From Chiloscyllium plagiosum (taxonomy: Eukaryota), in the NCBI RefSeq assembly GCF_004010195.1, contig NW_025215364.1, positions 47,700 to 111,699 of the forward strand: DNA of 64,000 bases. The letters run 5' to 3'. Numbering within the stretch: position 1 is the first letter of the stretch; the number at the start of each line of letters is the position of its first letter. Shown one piece after another: positions 26,016 to 38,835 of the stretch. The position numbers and the translations under genes are program-made. The notes beneath the pieces are model-generated. The model saw nothing but the letters and a program-made list of their open reading frames with translations. It was not told the DNA's origin and ran no database searches.

Positions 26016-27292
26016 TTGAACTGAATTGAATTGAATTGACTTTATTGTCACGTGTACCCAGGCACAGTGAAAAGCTTTGTCTTGCGAGCAATACAGGCAG
26101 ATCATACACTTAAACAACATAGATAAGTAAATGATGGGTAAACAGCGGCAAAAAGAAAAACACAGGTACAGGCGAATGTTCAGAATTTGTGATTCCATTC
26201 AGTATTCTAGCAATAGTAAAGTGGAAACAGTTATGAAGTTGGCCGGTGTGTGTGTTCAGCCTTCTGTACCTTCTCCTCGATGGTAGTGTTGTAGAAAAAC
26301 ATTGCCAGGGTGGGATGGATCTTTGAGAATTCCGGGGTCTTTTCTTGACAGCGGGCCTGGTAGACGGATTCTGAAAGATAGGAGGTTGACTTTTATGATA
26401 GTCCAGGCCGAGTTTACCACTCTCTGTAACCGTCTCCAATCTTGAATGGTACAGCTGCCATAAAAGGTACTGATACGTCCGGACAAAATGCTCTCGGTGG
26501 CGCACCTATAAAAGTTGGCAAGGGTATTCGCCCTCGTGCCAAATTCCTCAGCTGCCTGAGGAAGAAGAGATGTTGTTGCACCTTTATAACCAATGCATCC
26601 GCATGAAGAGTTCAAGAAATCGGGTTGTGGATGACCACTCCCAGGAGCTTGACACTCTCCCCTCATTCCACCTCTGTGCTGTTAATGTGTCGGGGGGTAT
26701 GAGTAACATCCCGCCTAAAGTTAATATTGAGTTCCTTAGTTTTGCTGGCATTCCGACTGCACCATTTTGCAAGGTTTTCCACCTCCCGTATGTAGTTCGT
26801 TTCATCGCCATCTGAGATTCAACCGACTATGGTGGTGTCATCAGCGAACTTGTAAATGGTATTGGACCAGGATTTGGCGATGCAGTCATGGTTAAACAGT
26901 GAATACAGAAGGGGCTGTTTACACAACCCTGTGGGGCTCTAGTGTTGAGTGTTAGTGAGGATGAAATATTGCCCCCAATCTTCACTGATTGTCGCCTATG
27001 GGTCAGAAAACTGAGGATCCAGTTGCAGAGAGTGGGACTTAGGCTGCGATCACTAAGTTTAGTAATCAGTCTGTAAGGGATAGTAGTGTTGAAGGCTGAA
27101 TTGTAGTCAATGAGTAGGATTTTTACGTAGCTGTTCTTGGTGTTAAGATGTTCGAGGGAGGAGTGAAGGGAAAGTGATATGGCATCTGACGTGGATCTGT
27201 TGGTCCGACAGGCAAGTTGGATTGGGTAAAGGCTAGTGGGGAGGCTGGAGTTGATTAATGCCATGACCAGCCTTTCTACGTACTTCACGACC
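26016..27292 (-). mobile_element. Rex1/Babar-type LINE RT 3' portion
   Basis: ERLVMALINSSLP...NRSTSDAISL.LH..LEHL...YVKILLIDYNSAFNT...LCNWILSFLT.R.QSV...APQGCV, then NFYRCATESILSG, and a (TCAAT)n-type tail at 26016-26040. Confidence 0.8.
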
Positions 27293-28611
27293 AACGAAGA
27301 TCACAAACTCATTCTTGTACATCCCTGGACCTGTGCACAGTGCAACATGTGAAGCCAGTTTCATTCTAAAAGCAGGCGGTCACAGTTTTGTGTCACTTCT
27401 TTCAGCATAATCTGTGACCTCACACTACGGAGAGGATTGTATTGACAATGACCACTGAACTGTTTTCATTCCAGAACATTCCGAGCAGGAGAGGGGGCCA
27501 TGTTCATTATTTCCCGAGTGCACTGCTCCAAAGGACTCACTTCGTTATACAGGCTATCTCTGCTCCACGAAGGAAGATTCAGAGGACCAAGTGACGTTTG
27601 AAAAATTAGAGACTGTAGGAGATTAGAATTAATAAACTGTGATTACTCAAAAAAAACTAGTTAAAGTGAAGGTTGGTAAGTTACTGCTTAAGATGAGCCC
27701 CATCCCAGAGACTTCAGGGAGGTTGCAATGGAGCTACTGAATGAGTTATAGGGTCACACAGCACAGGAACAGACCCTGTTTCAAAACAGTCTATGATTAC
27801 CATAGTCCTAAACTAACCTAGTGCCCCCTGCCCGTGATTGGACCATAATCCTCCAAATCCTCCCTATTCATGTCTTTGAAATGCTGTAATTGCAAGAAGT
27901 AATTATTGAATAGCCTTCAAAATTGTTGAGACTGAAAATGCTGGTTCCTGCCTACTGGATAGTCGCTTTATTTACCCTAAATATTTAAAACGCGTCTGGG
28001 AGGGAAATCAAATAAAGTCCAAATATTGGCCAACTTCGTTTAAGAGTTGCAGAAAATATTCAACTGTTAATCAGGAATGTGATATCTCGACACTTGGGGA
28101 ATCATGATAGGAATTGACAGAGTAACTTAGCTCCAGGAAAGGGAAGCTATCTTTGAGAAACCTGTGGAATTTGTGTTAACTGTGACATCCACAAATGAGA
28201 ACCGGTGGGAGCTGTGTATTTGAATTTGCAGGCATGGTTATTGACAGGTGAGAAAAAGTCCATGGGTAAGGGGAGACATAAATCTTGGATTGAGAATTCG
28301 TTAGTGAAGACAATACAGAGAGCTGCACCCGCTTCTGGACTGAAGGGCATTACTCGCAGAGTATCACATGGATCAGTGTTTGGATCACAGCAATTTACAT
28401 GGTAGACGAATGATTTGGATGTGGGCAACATATAGCTCAGATCGCATTTTTAATTAATTAAATGGTGCGAGGTTGGGAAATGACGTTGTCCGAAGGGATG
28501 TGCATGTCCTTGATTATGAGTCACCAACAACAGTCCATCCAGGGGTCACAGAGTCATGGGGTCTTCCAGCACGGAGACAGGCCATTTGGCTCAAACTATT
28601 CCATGCCGGCC

Positions 28612-29407
28612 TGTTACGAGGTCGAGAGCATGTCTGGTCACTTTAAGATAAGAAATGTTTTTCTGGATTTAATGTACAGCCAAATCTGCCACCAAGAGGT
28701 AAGGCTGTTCCAAATGTAACATTTAGCTGTTAAATGGGTACCTGAGTTTTTGGTGCTGCTTTGATATCAATTCGAATGTAACCAATTAGTTTAAATTATG
28801 GCCAGGATATCAAAAGCCAGTGGAATTTGAATGTTATTGTTTTGTCATCTGGAAAGTAATGAAGTATTTAATACTCAATGAATCATGGGGGAAGTAAACC
28901 CGGTACTTTCAAAATTAGAGGGAGAGTAACTGCCATAGAACAGCAGAGCAACTGCTGTAGAGCCCGAGAGCTGACGACCCATCAGTATTTTTGTCTCAAG
29001 GTGGTGGGAAACACTCTCTATCAAAGGCACCATTTCATGTAAAGGCTACTGGCAATTAAAACAGAAAGGAAGACAACAGGGAGATCAACAAATGGACGAT
29101 TGAAGACAGCAGAGAAGACAGAGACTGCGTGGTCTTGAGATTATGTTAGTGCATGTTTAATAAGCGGAACACGATTTTTTTAATAGAAGTGGAATCAGAT
29201 AGTAAGTCGTTACAAAAGGGGCTTGAATTTTATGAATAGTTGTAGTTTATTATTCAAACCTAGATTTCAGAAAATAAATTGTTAATTTTCTTTAAATAAT
29301 GGAATTTAGAAATCTCTGTCACACATATTTTGACAGATTACGAGACGAGGCAAGCTTTTCTGGGTGTTTGGTTTAATTAATAGAGGGGTTCGACTCCACG
29401 TTGTAAA
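28612..29407 (+). mobile_element. Possible solo LTR
   Basis: Begins TGTTAC, has an internal AATAAA, and interrupts a minus-strand CR1 3' end. The right terminus is degenerate. Confidence 0.35.
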
Positions 29408-29409
29408 TG

Positions 29410-29900
29410 CCCATCCACACTAACCCCATTTCCCTGCACTTGGCCCATGCCCTTCTCATCCTTCCCTGTCCAAACATTCATCTAAATTCCCTTTAAGCGT
29501 TGATAATGTACTCATCTCAACGACTTCCACTGTTAGCTCATTCCATATGCATACCACACTCTGTGTAAAATAAAATTTGCCTCTAAGGTTCCCTTTTATT
29601 CCTTCCCCTCTGGTTTTCGATTCTCCAAACCTTGGAAAAAGAATGAGTGCATTCACCTTATCCATGCCTCTCGTGATCTTATACACTTCTCTAAGACCCC
29701 GCTCAGTCTCCTCTGCTCAAAAGAAAATGTCCTAGCTTTTTCAACCTCTCGCTATTACTCAAATCATATGAGTCCTGGCAACATCCTGCAAATTCCTTAT
29801 GCACTGTTTCCAGTTTAACAACATCCTTACGATAACAAGGTGACTAAAACTGAACAAAATTCTGCAAGTACGGCCAACGTCATGTTGTTTGCAATCCTCG
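29410..29900 (-). mobile_element. CR1 3' fragment
   Basis: VYKITRGMDKV...FTQSVVCIWNEL. Confidence 0.75.
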
Positions 29901-32900
29901 ACATCAGCTACAATACCTACTTTCTGACACAGTCAGCCATTCCCACCAGCTTCTCCCCTCCATAGAGAACACTAGTCTGCCTTCTCGGAGATGGAAGATG
30001 CCTCCTTGAGACTTCACACAAAACATTTGCCTTCCCTCCTCAATGCTAGAAAACCACGTTAAAGTTCCACGTGTGTACCAACATGGAGCAGTCTGTCTAT
30101 GCAGCCACAGCTCCATTTGCTTTTCATGTTGGGACATCAACTACCTCCTTCTGGCTCTGTGTAAGTGACTCGAGGGGCTGAATTGACTCCTCCTGTCACT
30201 TTCTAAGTGATTCAAGTTACTGATTGGCTTCTTCCTCGTCCGAATGGATAGGTCCAAGATCCTGATTGAGTTACACCCGGATCCTGTTGAACAGCTCGAT
30301 GTGCTGACTAACGTGACGATGATGTAACTTGTTATTTTCTCCTGATTTATTTTAAGACACAGATTGAACAATAGTTCCAAAACTGGCTACTTACGGCCAC
30401 TAAAGTAACCAGCTTGGGAAACGTTGGTTAATTTTAATGTGGCCTGAATGTGTGTGACCAGCTCTCACAGATTAGGATTTCTGTGTTTTGGTTTCTCATA
30501 ACATCAGAGGCTATTGGGGTCTCAGCAGATTTGGAAGCTTCAGTGAATGTCTCCTGACTGCTACTCTCTCTGAATTTTCTCTTGATGTTGTTTTTTATTT
30601 CCTCCTGAAGAGCTATGAGAATTTGTGTCTGAATTTGCCTTTTTGCCAAGTGCTTGTCTTTATGGGATCTTACTACATCGGTACAGTTAGTTAGTAATAG
30701 ATACTGTATCCATTTTTAATTTAAGTTTTCCAGTCGTGTGAAGTTATTCTAAGTTCCTCTTTCTTTGATTGTATTTTAATGACAGCGTTTAAATAATCTG
30801 TGTTTTGCTTAACATCGAATAGTTTCACCAATTCCATTTCATCAGAACCAGCTGTGTTACATTTACCTTTAGAATAACAAAAGGGTTGGATTTACACTAC
30901 AACCTCAAAATATCTTTAAGGGGATCTGACCGGGTCCATAACACTGGACTCCTTCTCTTCCTGTGTAATAGGCAGGAGGGTTTGAATGGGATATCCTTCT
31001 TTTTGTTCAGTAGTTTCAATGGACTGAATGGCTTCCTCAATATCCTCTGAATTGAGCTTGAGGCGCTGAATGAACTCTTCTTTTCACTGTGGAATTAAGC
31101 AGCATCTAGCAGTACTGTAACATGAATGCTACAAATAATTTAACAGCACAGGCCTAAATGTTGTCGAGGTCTTGCTGCACATGGACACAGACTGCTTCAG
31201 CAGCTGAGAGGTGACACATTGTTCTGAACATTGTATGATATTCAAGAAGCATTCCCACTTCTAACTTCCAACAAAGTTACCATCACCCACATTGTACTGG
31301 TTTTTTTGGTGAAGGTTTGCTTACTGTCCTCCCTTGTCTGTATCCCATTGCAGACTCTCTGTCTCCTATTGACATCTTATTGAATGGTTATCATGGTTTA
31401 TGAGCAAACTGAGCTCCAATCCATTCAGCCTCTTCATCCAAATCATTAACCTGGATTGTAAACTGTTAATAAACTCACACTGGTCGCTAAGGAATTCCAC
31501 TAGTTACAGCTTTCAACCTGAAAACAAGTAATTATCTCTACTCAGTACATCTGGCTAGCAAACCAGGGCTCCCCTGCTCCTGTGTACTTGCCCAGAAAGG
31601 TTGAATGGCCTCCTCCTGTGCGGTGCAATTTAATTAATGGGCTGAATGACTGTATTCCTGTGTAACTCAGATGGGCAGAATGACCTTCTCCTGTCTCATT
31701 ACAACGATGCTGACTGCCTGACTGGTGTCTTCCTCTCTCTCCATAAAAGCCTCAAAGTTTGAGTTGGGAGAACAACATGTGGGATGGGAGCAGCAGTTGG
31801 CCATTCGCCCCCTACTGCTTGCTGCTTAGTTTAGAAACATCATGGCTGGTCTGATTGTAGCTGACCACCCCTCTCTTGTCTGTTCCCAATAAACATTGAC
31901 TCTTCTGTCTATCAAAGGTCAGTCAAGGTCAGCCTTGAATATCTTCAATGATCCAATCTTTGCTGTTCCCGGGGAATGGCAGTCTGAAGGAAAAAGGAAC
32001 AGCCATATCTCAAACGGTAATGGGAGATGCACAACAAATAGGAACAGACATAGACCATTCAGCCCCTCAAACCTATCCCACAGTCCTATTGACTGTTCAG
32101 TATTTATGAAACTCACCGTCTACTGCACCCTTGGGAAAATATTCCTGTCATCTTAAGGCCGTAAAGCATAGGAAATTGAAATAAGTCCATTTGGCCCATC
32201 AAATCTACATTGCGGTTTGACCCTGCCTGACATGTCTCTCAACACAATTCTCTTGCCTGCTCATTGTAAGTCTTGATCCATGTTTTAATCAAAAATGAAC
32301 AATCTCTGTCTTAAAGATATGAAGCTGTCTGTGTCTCTATATGTCTGTGTGAGTGTGTGTATGTGTGTTTTTATGTGTATCTGCTTAATGGCAGGACGCA
32401 GGGTGGTTGTGGATGGTTGTTTATCGAACTGGAAGCCTGTGAGCAGCCGTGATCCACAGGAATTTGTGCTGGATCTACTTTTGTTTGTCATTTATGCAAA
32501 TTATTTAGATGAGAATTATAGGAGGCATGATTAGTAAATTTGCAGATGACATCAAGATTGGTTGTATAGTGGACAGGGTTTGCATAATGGTTCATAGTCG
32601 AAGATTGCAAAGAGATCTTGATCAATTAAATCAGTGAAACGTGGAGATGTACAGCAGGGAAACAGACCGTATGACTCATCCAACCGACCAGATATTCTGA
32701 ATGAATCTCATCCCATTTGGCAGCATTTGTCCCATATATCTCTAAACTCTTCCTATTCGTATACCCATGCCTTTTAAATGTTGTAAGTGTACCAGCCTCC
32801 ACCACTTCCTCTGGCAACTCATTCCATACACGCACCACCCTCTGCATGAAAAAGTTGCCGTTTAGGTCCCTCTTAAACCTTTTTCTTCCCACCGTAAACC

Positions 32901-33534
32901 CATGCCATGTAATTTTGGACTCCCCTACCCTTGGAAATAGACCTTGACTATTCACTCTTCCCATGATTTTATAATCCTGAAGAAGCTGCAAATGTGACTC
33001 CAATCAATACAAATGGCTGTGCTTTCAGTCATCCCGGGCCTAAATGCTGACATTCAATACTGACACCTCTTCCTTCTCCATCAAGTCACAATTCTAAAAT
33101 CATTTTAATCAACGTGTTCGGACATATAATGAAATATCTTTGTGGGATTTGAACCTCGATCTTTAGGCTCAGAGGTAGGGTCACTAACACCACTCAACAA
33201 TAGCCCCTAAATCTGCAACATGATTCTCCTGTTGTTTGTTAATCAGCCTGTTCTGACATGCTGTGACACATCTCCACAATGGGCAGTACTTGAATCCAGT
33301 TGATCTTCTCCAGAGATAGGGACATTTCACACACGTTCACGGACTTGAATCGAATCCCAAGCTCTGACTCAGCGGCAGGGGCGCTACCCACCACACAAGA
33401 CTTAAACCATACCCAGAATTTTGGTCATACTTGATGTGTTGGCTTTCAGCTCTGTATGGATTTATTAAATTCTGATTTACATTACTGAAAGACACAGGCA
33501 ACAGTTCTCATTGTTAAACAAATAAAAGGCATTA

Positions 33535-36500
33535 GTGCTGAGATCCCCTGTGGACATTCCCCTCAACAATAAGTATACCGTTTTGGATACTGCTGGGGGG
33601 ATGACCAGAGGAAAGCCATAGCAGTCAGTTCTCTGGCATTGAGCCTGACACTGTGGCAAAGAAGGGAAGGGGGCAGAATAGAAAAGTACTCGTGGTAGGG
33701 GACTCGATGGTTAGGGGAATTGACAGGAGATTTTGTGGTCAGGATCGGGATTCCCGGAAGGTATGTTGCCTCCCTGGTGCCAGGGACGGGACGTCTCCGA
33801 TCGGGTGTATAAGGTTCTAAAAGGGGAGGGCGAACAGCCAGAAATCTTGTTATATGTTGGCACTAATGATATAGCCAGGAAAAGGATCGAAGATATAAAA
33901 AGTGATTGCAAGGAGTTAGGATGGAAGCTGCAAAGCAGGACAAACAGAGTAGTGTTCTGTCGTTTACTACCAGTGCCACGAGGAAAGGGAGCGGGCGCAG
34001 CTTAATACGTGGCTGCGCAGCTGTTGCAGGAGGGAGGGCTTCAGATATGTAGATAATTGGGATGCCTTCCGGGGAAGGTGGGATCTGTACAAGAAGGACG
34101 GGTTGCATCTGAACTGGAAGGGGACCAATGTCCTGGGTGGAAAGTTTGCTCGAGTAATTCAAGAGGGTTTAAACTAGTATGGCAGGTGGGTGGGAACCTG
34201 AGCTGTATACCGGAGGTGAGAGTTGATGCAGATGAGGCAATAGCAAGAGGTAGACCAGCTAGTGGGAAGGACTTTCTTGGCAAGGAACCAAGGTATCAGT
34301 TAAAGTGTGTTTGCTTTAACGCAAGGAGTATCAGGAATAAAAGTGACAAACTTAGAGCATGGATCAGTACCTGGTGCTATGATATTGTGGCCATAACAGA
34401 GACATGGGTTTCTCAGGGGCAGGAATGGTTGTTGGATGTTCCAGGGTTTAGAGCATTTAAAAAGAATAGGGAGGGGGAAAAAGAGGAAGGGGTGTTACAC
34501 TACTAATCAGAGAGGGCATCACAGCTACAGAAGCTTCCATTGTCGAGGACGATCTGCATACCGAGGCAGTATGGGTGGAAATTAGGAACAGCAAGAGAGC
34601 AGGCACCTCTTTAGGGGTTTACTACAGACCCCCCCAATAGCAGCAGGGAGATGGAAGAAAGCATAGGTCGGCAGATTTTGGAAAAGTGTGGACGCAGTCG
34701 GGTTGTTGCAATGGGTGTCTTTAACTTTCCCAATATTGATTGGAACCTCCTTCGAGCAAAAGATTTGAATGGAGCTGTTTTTGTAAGGTGTGTTCAGGAG
34801 GGTTTCCTAACTCAGAATGTTGACAGGCCGACGAGGCGAGAGGCCATTCTAGACTTAGTGCTAGGAAACGAGCCAGGGCAGGTATCAGATTTTGTGGTGG
34901 GAGAGAATTTTGGTGATAGTGACCACAACTTTGAAAAGGTGACGAAGGAGGTTGATGAGGGGAAAGCGGTAGATGTGGTATATATGGATTTTAGTAAGGC
35001 GTTTTATAAGGTTCCCCATGGTAGGCCACTGCAGAAAATACGGAGATATGGTATTGAGGGTGAGTTGGAGGTTTGGATTAGGAATTGGCTGGATGGAAGA
35101 AGACAGAGGGTAGTAGTTGATGGCAAAGTTTCTTCATGGAGTGCCGTCACTAGCGGTGTTCCGCAAGGATCTGTTTTGGGACCATTGCTGTTTGTCATTT
35201 TTATAAATGACATGGAAGAGGGGTTAGAAGGTTGGGTGAGCAAGTTTGCGGATGACACAAAAGTCGGAGGAGTTGTTGACAGTGAGGAAGCATGTGGCAG
35301 GTTACAGAAGGATATAGAGAAGCTGCAGAGCTGGGCAGAAAGGTGGCAAATGGAATTCAACGTAGCTAAAAGGGGTAAGATAAAGGAACCTTGGATGAGG
35401 AGAGCGGTGGAGCTTCTCGTCAAAAGGAAGAAGGTAGCTCACATAAGGTGGAGGAAGCTAGGGTCAAGTTCAACTCTACAGGATTACAGGCAGGCAAGGA
35501 AGGGGCTTAAAATGGTCTGAGGAGAGCCAGGAGGGGCACGAGAAAGGCTTGGCAGAACGGATTAGGGAGAACACAAAGGCATTTTACACTTATGTGAGGA
35601 ATAAGAGAATGGTGAAAGAAAGAGTAGGGCCGATCAGGGATCGCATAGGGAATTTGTGTGTGGAATCTGAGGAGGTAGCGGAAGCCCTAAATGAGTTATT
35701 TTGCTTCTGTCTTTACGAAAGAAACGAATTTTGTAGTGAATGAAATCTTTGAAGAGCAGGTGTGCAAGCTGAAATGGATAGAGATAGAGGAAGCTGATGT
35801 GCTGAAAATTTTGTCAAACATTAAGATTGACATGTCGCCAGGCCCGGACCAGATTTGCCCTCGGCTGCTTTGGGAAACGAGAAATGCAATTGCTTCGCCA
35901 CAATGTAATTCCTCTCTTCAAGAAAGGAAATAGGGAAATCCCCGGCAATTACAGACCAGTCAGTCTCACGGCTGCCATCTGCAAGGTGTTAGAAAGGATT
36001 CTGAGGGATAGAATTTATGACCATCAGGAAGAGCATGGCTTGATTAAATGCAGTCAACACGGCTTTGTGAGGGGCAGGTCATGCCTCACAAACCTTATCG
36101 AGTTCTTTGAGGATGTGACTAGAAAGGTTGATTAGGGTCGAGCTGTGGATGTAGTGTATATGGACTTCAGCAAGGCATTTGATAAGATTCCCCATGGTGG
36201 ACTTCAGCAAGGCATTTGATAAGATTCCCCATGGTAGGCTTATTCAGGTCAGGAGGAATGGGATTCAGGGGAACATAGCTGTCTGGATAAAGACTTGGCT
36301 GGCCAACAGAAGATAGCGAGTGGTAGTAGAAGGAAAATATTCTGCCTGGAAGTCTGTGGTGAGTGGTGTTCCACTCTGTCCTTGGGCCTCTATTGTTTGT
36401 AATTTTTATTAATGACTTGGATGAGGGGATTGAAGGATGAGTCAGCAGGTTTGCAGATGACACAAAGTTTGGAGGTGTCGTTGACAGTATAGAGTGCTGT

Positions 36501-37660
36501 TGTAGGCTGCAGCGGGACATTGACAGGATGCAGAGATGGGCTGAGAGGTGGCAGATGGAGTTCAAACTGGATAAATGCGAGGTGATGCATTTTGGAAGGT
36601 CGAATTTGAAAGCTGAGTACAAGATTAAGGATAGGATTCTTGGCAATGTGGAGGAACAGAGGGATCTTAGTGTGCAGGTACATAGATCCCTTAAAATGGA
36701 CANNNNNNNNNNNNNNNNNNNNNNNNNNNNNNNNNNNNNNNNNNNNNNNNNNNNNNNNNNNNNNNNNNNNNNNNNNNNNNNNNNNNNNNNNNNNNNNNNN
36801 NNNNNNNNNNNNNNNNNNNNNNNNNNNNNNNNNNNNNNNNNNNNNNNNNNNNNNNNNNNNNNNNNNNNNNNNNNNNNNNNNNNNNNNNNNNNNNNNNNNN
36901 NNNNNNNNNNNNNNNNNNNNNNNNNNNNNNNNNNNNNNNNNNNNNNNNNNNNNNNNNNNNNNNNNNNNNNNNNNNNNNNNNNNNNNNNNNNNNNNNNNNN
37001 NNNNNNNNNNNNNNNNNNNNNNNNNNNNNNNNNNNNNNNNNNNNNNNNNNNNNNNNNNNNNNNNNNNNNNNNNNNNNNNNNNNNNNNNNNNNNNNNNNNN
37101 NNNNNNNNNNNNNNNNNNNNNNNNNNNNNNNNNNNNNNNNNNNNNNNNNNNNNNNNNNNNNNNNNNNNNNNNNNNNNNNNNNNNNNNNNNNNNNNNNNNN
37201 NGGGTTCAGAGGAGGTTTACCAGGATGCTGCCTGGACTGGAGGGCTTATCTTATGAGGAGAGGTTGACTGAGCTCGGACTTTTTTCATTGGAGAAAAGGA
37301 GGAGAAGAGGGGACCTAATTGAGGTATACAAGATAATGCGAGGCATAGATAGAGTTGATAGCCAGAGACTATTTCCCAGGGCATAAATGACTAACATGAG
37401 GGATCATAGTTTTAAGCTGGTTGGAGGAAAGTATAGAGGGGATGTCAGAGGCGGGTTCTTTACACAGAGAGTTGTGAGAGCATGGAATGCGTTGCCAGCA
37501 GCAGTTGTGGCAGGGTTATTAGGGAATTTAAGAGACTCCTGGACATGCATATGGTCATAGAAATTTGAGGGTGCATACAAGAGGATCAGTGGTCGGCACA
37601 ACATCGTGGGCTGAAGGGCCTGTCCTGTGCTATACTGTTCTATGTTCTATGTTCTATGTA
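33535..37660 (+). mobile_element. Long, rearranged CR1 LINE: ORF1 esterase, APE endonuclease, RT (present twice) and 3' tail
   Basis: ORF1 reads VLVVGDSMVRGIDRRFCG...VGTNDI (SGNH-like). ORF2 has CFNARSIRNK...DIVAITETW and LDLVLGN...SDHN, RT motifs YMDFSKAF...SGVPQGSVLGP...FADDTK, and a (TTCTATG)n tail at about 37635-37658. A gap lies at 36703-37201. Confidence 0.92.
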
Positions 37661-38807
37661 TTAGCTTCAACTAAAGGATGATGAGTGCATCTGCGGGGCC
37701 ATCGAAATAAACTATCAACATCATTAATTGTTTGTCTATGATTTCCAGCTTAAGTGGTTATTGTCTGTAATCTGCAATATCAGGGAAAGAAATCCTGCAG
37801 ACACATTTTGCACTATGAAGAATCTCGAGAAGATATAAACACGGGACACCAGAGATGAGGAGAGAGAGCACAATTTCTGGTCAAAAAGACATCGATCACT
37901 ATTTCCAACTTCTGGCATGTGCTTTCCGTCTTCCTTAAATAATTATGAGATACAAGACAAACCAAGCTCTGGGTCATTGGGAAAGTCAAGGCTGGTGTCT
38001 GTAGGCCTTCTGGAGAGTGGAGAGTCTTTTAAACCTGAAGGGTAGTGTGAGGGGACACAAATATCTCTCACTGGGCTGAGGTGTGGCAGATGTAGTTTAA
38101 CTTTAATAAATGTGTGGTAATGCATTTTAGTAAAAAAAAAACAAGGGGAGGTCTTATACAATTAACAGTAGTGCATTGTCAGTATTGTAGAAAAGAGGGA
38201 CCCACGGGTGCAGGTCTACTTTTTTGATGTTTACAACATATACAGACAGGTGTTTACGGTTACTTCGTTTGAGCTCAGACCTCGTGTTTAGAAGTTAGGA
38301 AGTCATGCTGAGATTGTGCAGGACATTGATAAAGCCTCTTCAGTCGTTCTGTTATTGGAAGGAGCTTATGAAGCTGGAGAGGAGATTTACCAGGATGTTA
38401 CGTGAACGTAACATCTTCTGCCTCGGGACCCTACAATCACATGGCATGACCATTCGAGTCACTGATTTGCAAATCTCTCTTCACCGACCCAGGTACAAAA
38501 TCAAGCCATCCGACTCAGATCTGCCCTCTTGAGGGAACCTATCTGTCCATCTTCCTTCCCACCGATCCACTCCACACTCCCCACCGGACCATCACAATTA
38601 CCTCTTACCATAACCCAGCTATTGCCTATCTTTCACCTTGCCTCACGCCCACCACTCGTTTTTTTGCAGACCCCTTTCCCCTCCCCAGTCCTGAAGAAGG
38701 ATCCTGCCTGAAATGTTGACTTACTTCCTCCTCAGTTGCTGCCTGACCTGCTGTGCCGTTTCCACGGCCATACTTTATTTAATCTGAATTCTTCAGCATC
38801 TGCAGTC

Positions 38808-38835
38808 CCCATTGTCGCTACAGTTGGTGTTCCTG
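38808..38835 (+). pseudogene. 3' remnant of a GPR139-like first exon, 5' part lost next to a Penelope-derived repeat
   Basis: Reads PIVATVGVP-G|gtaagtc. The downstream intron (about 38940-39170) resembles the intron after the 25.6 kb exon (about 25760-25970). Confidence 0.65.
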
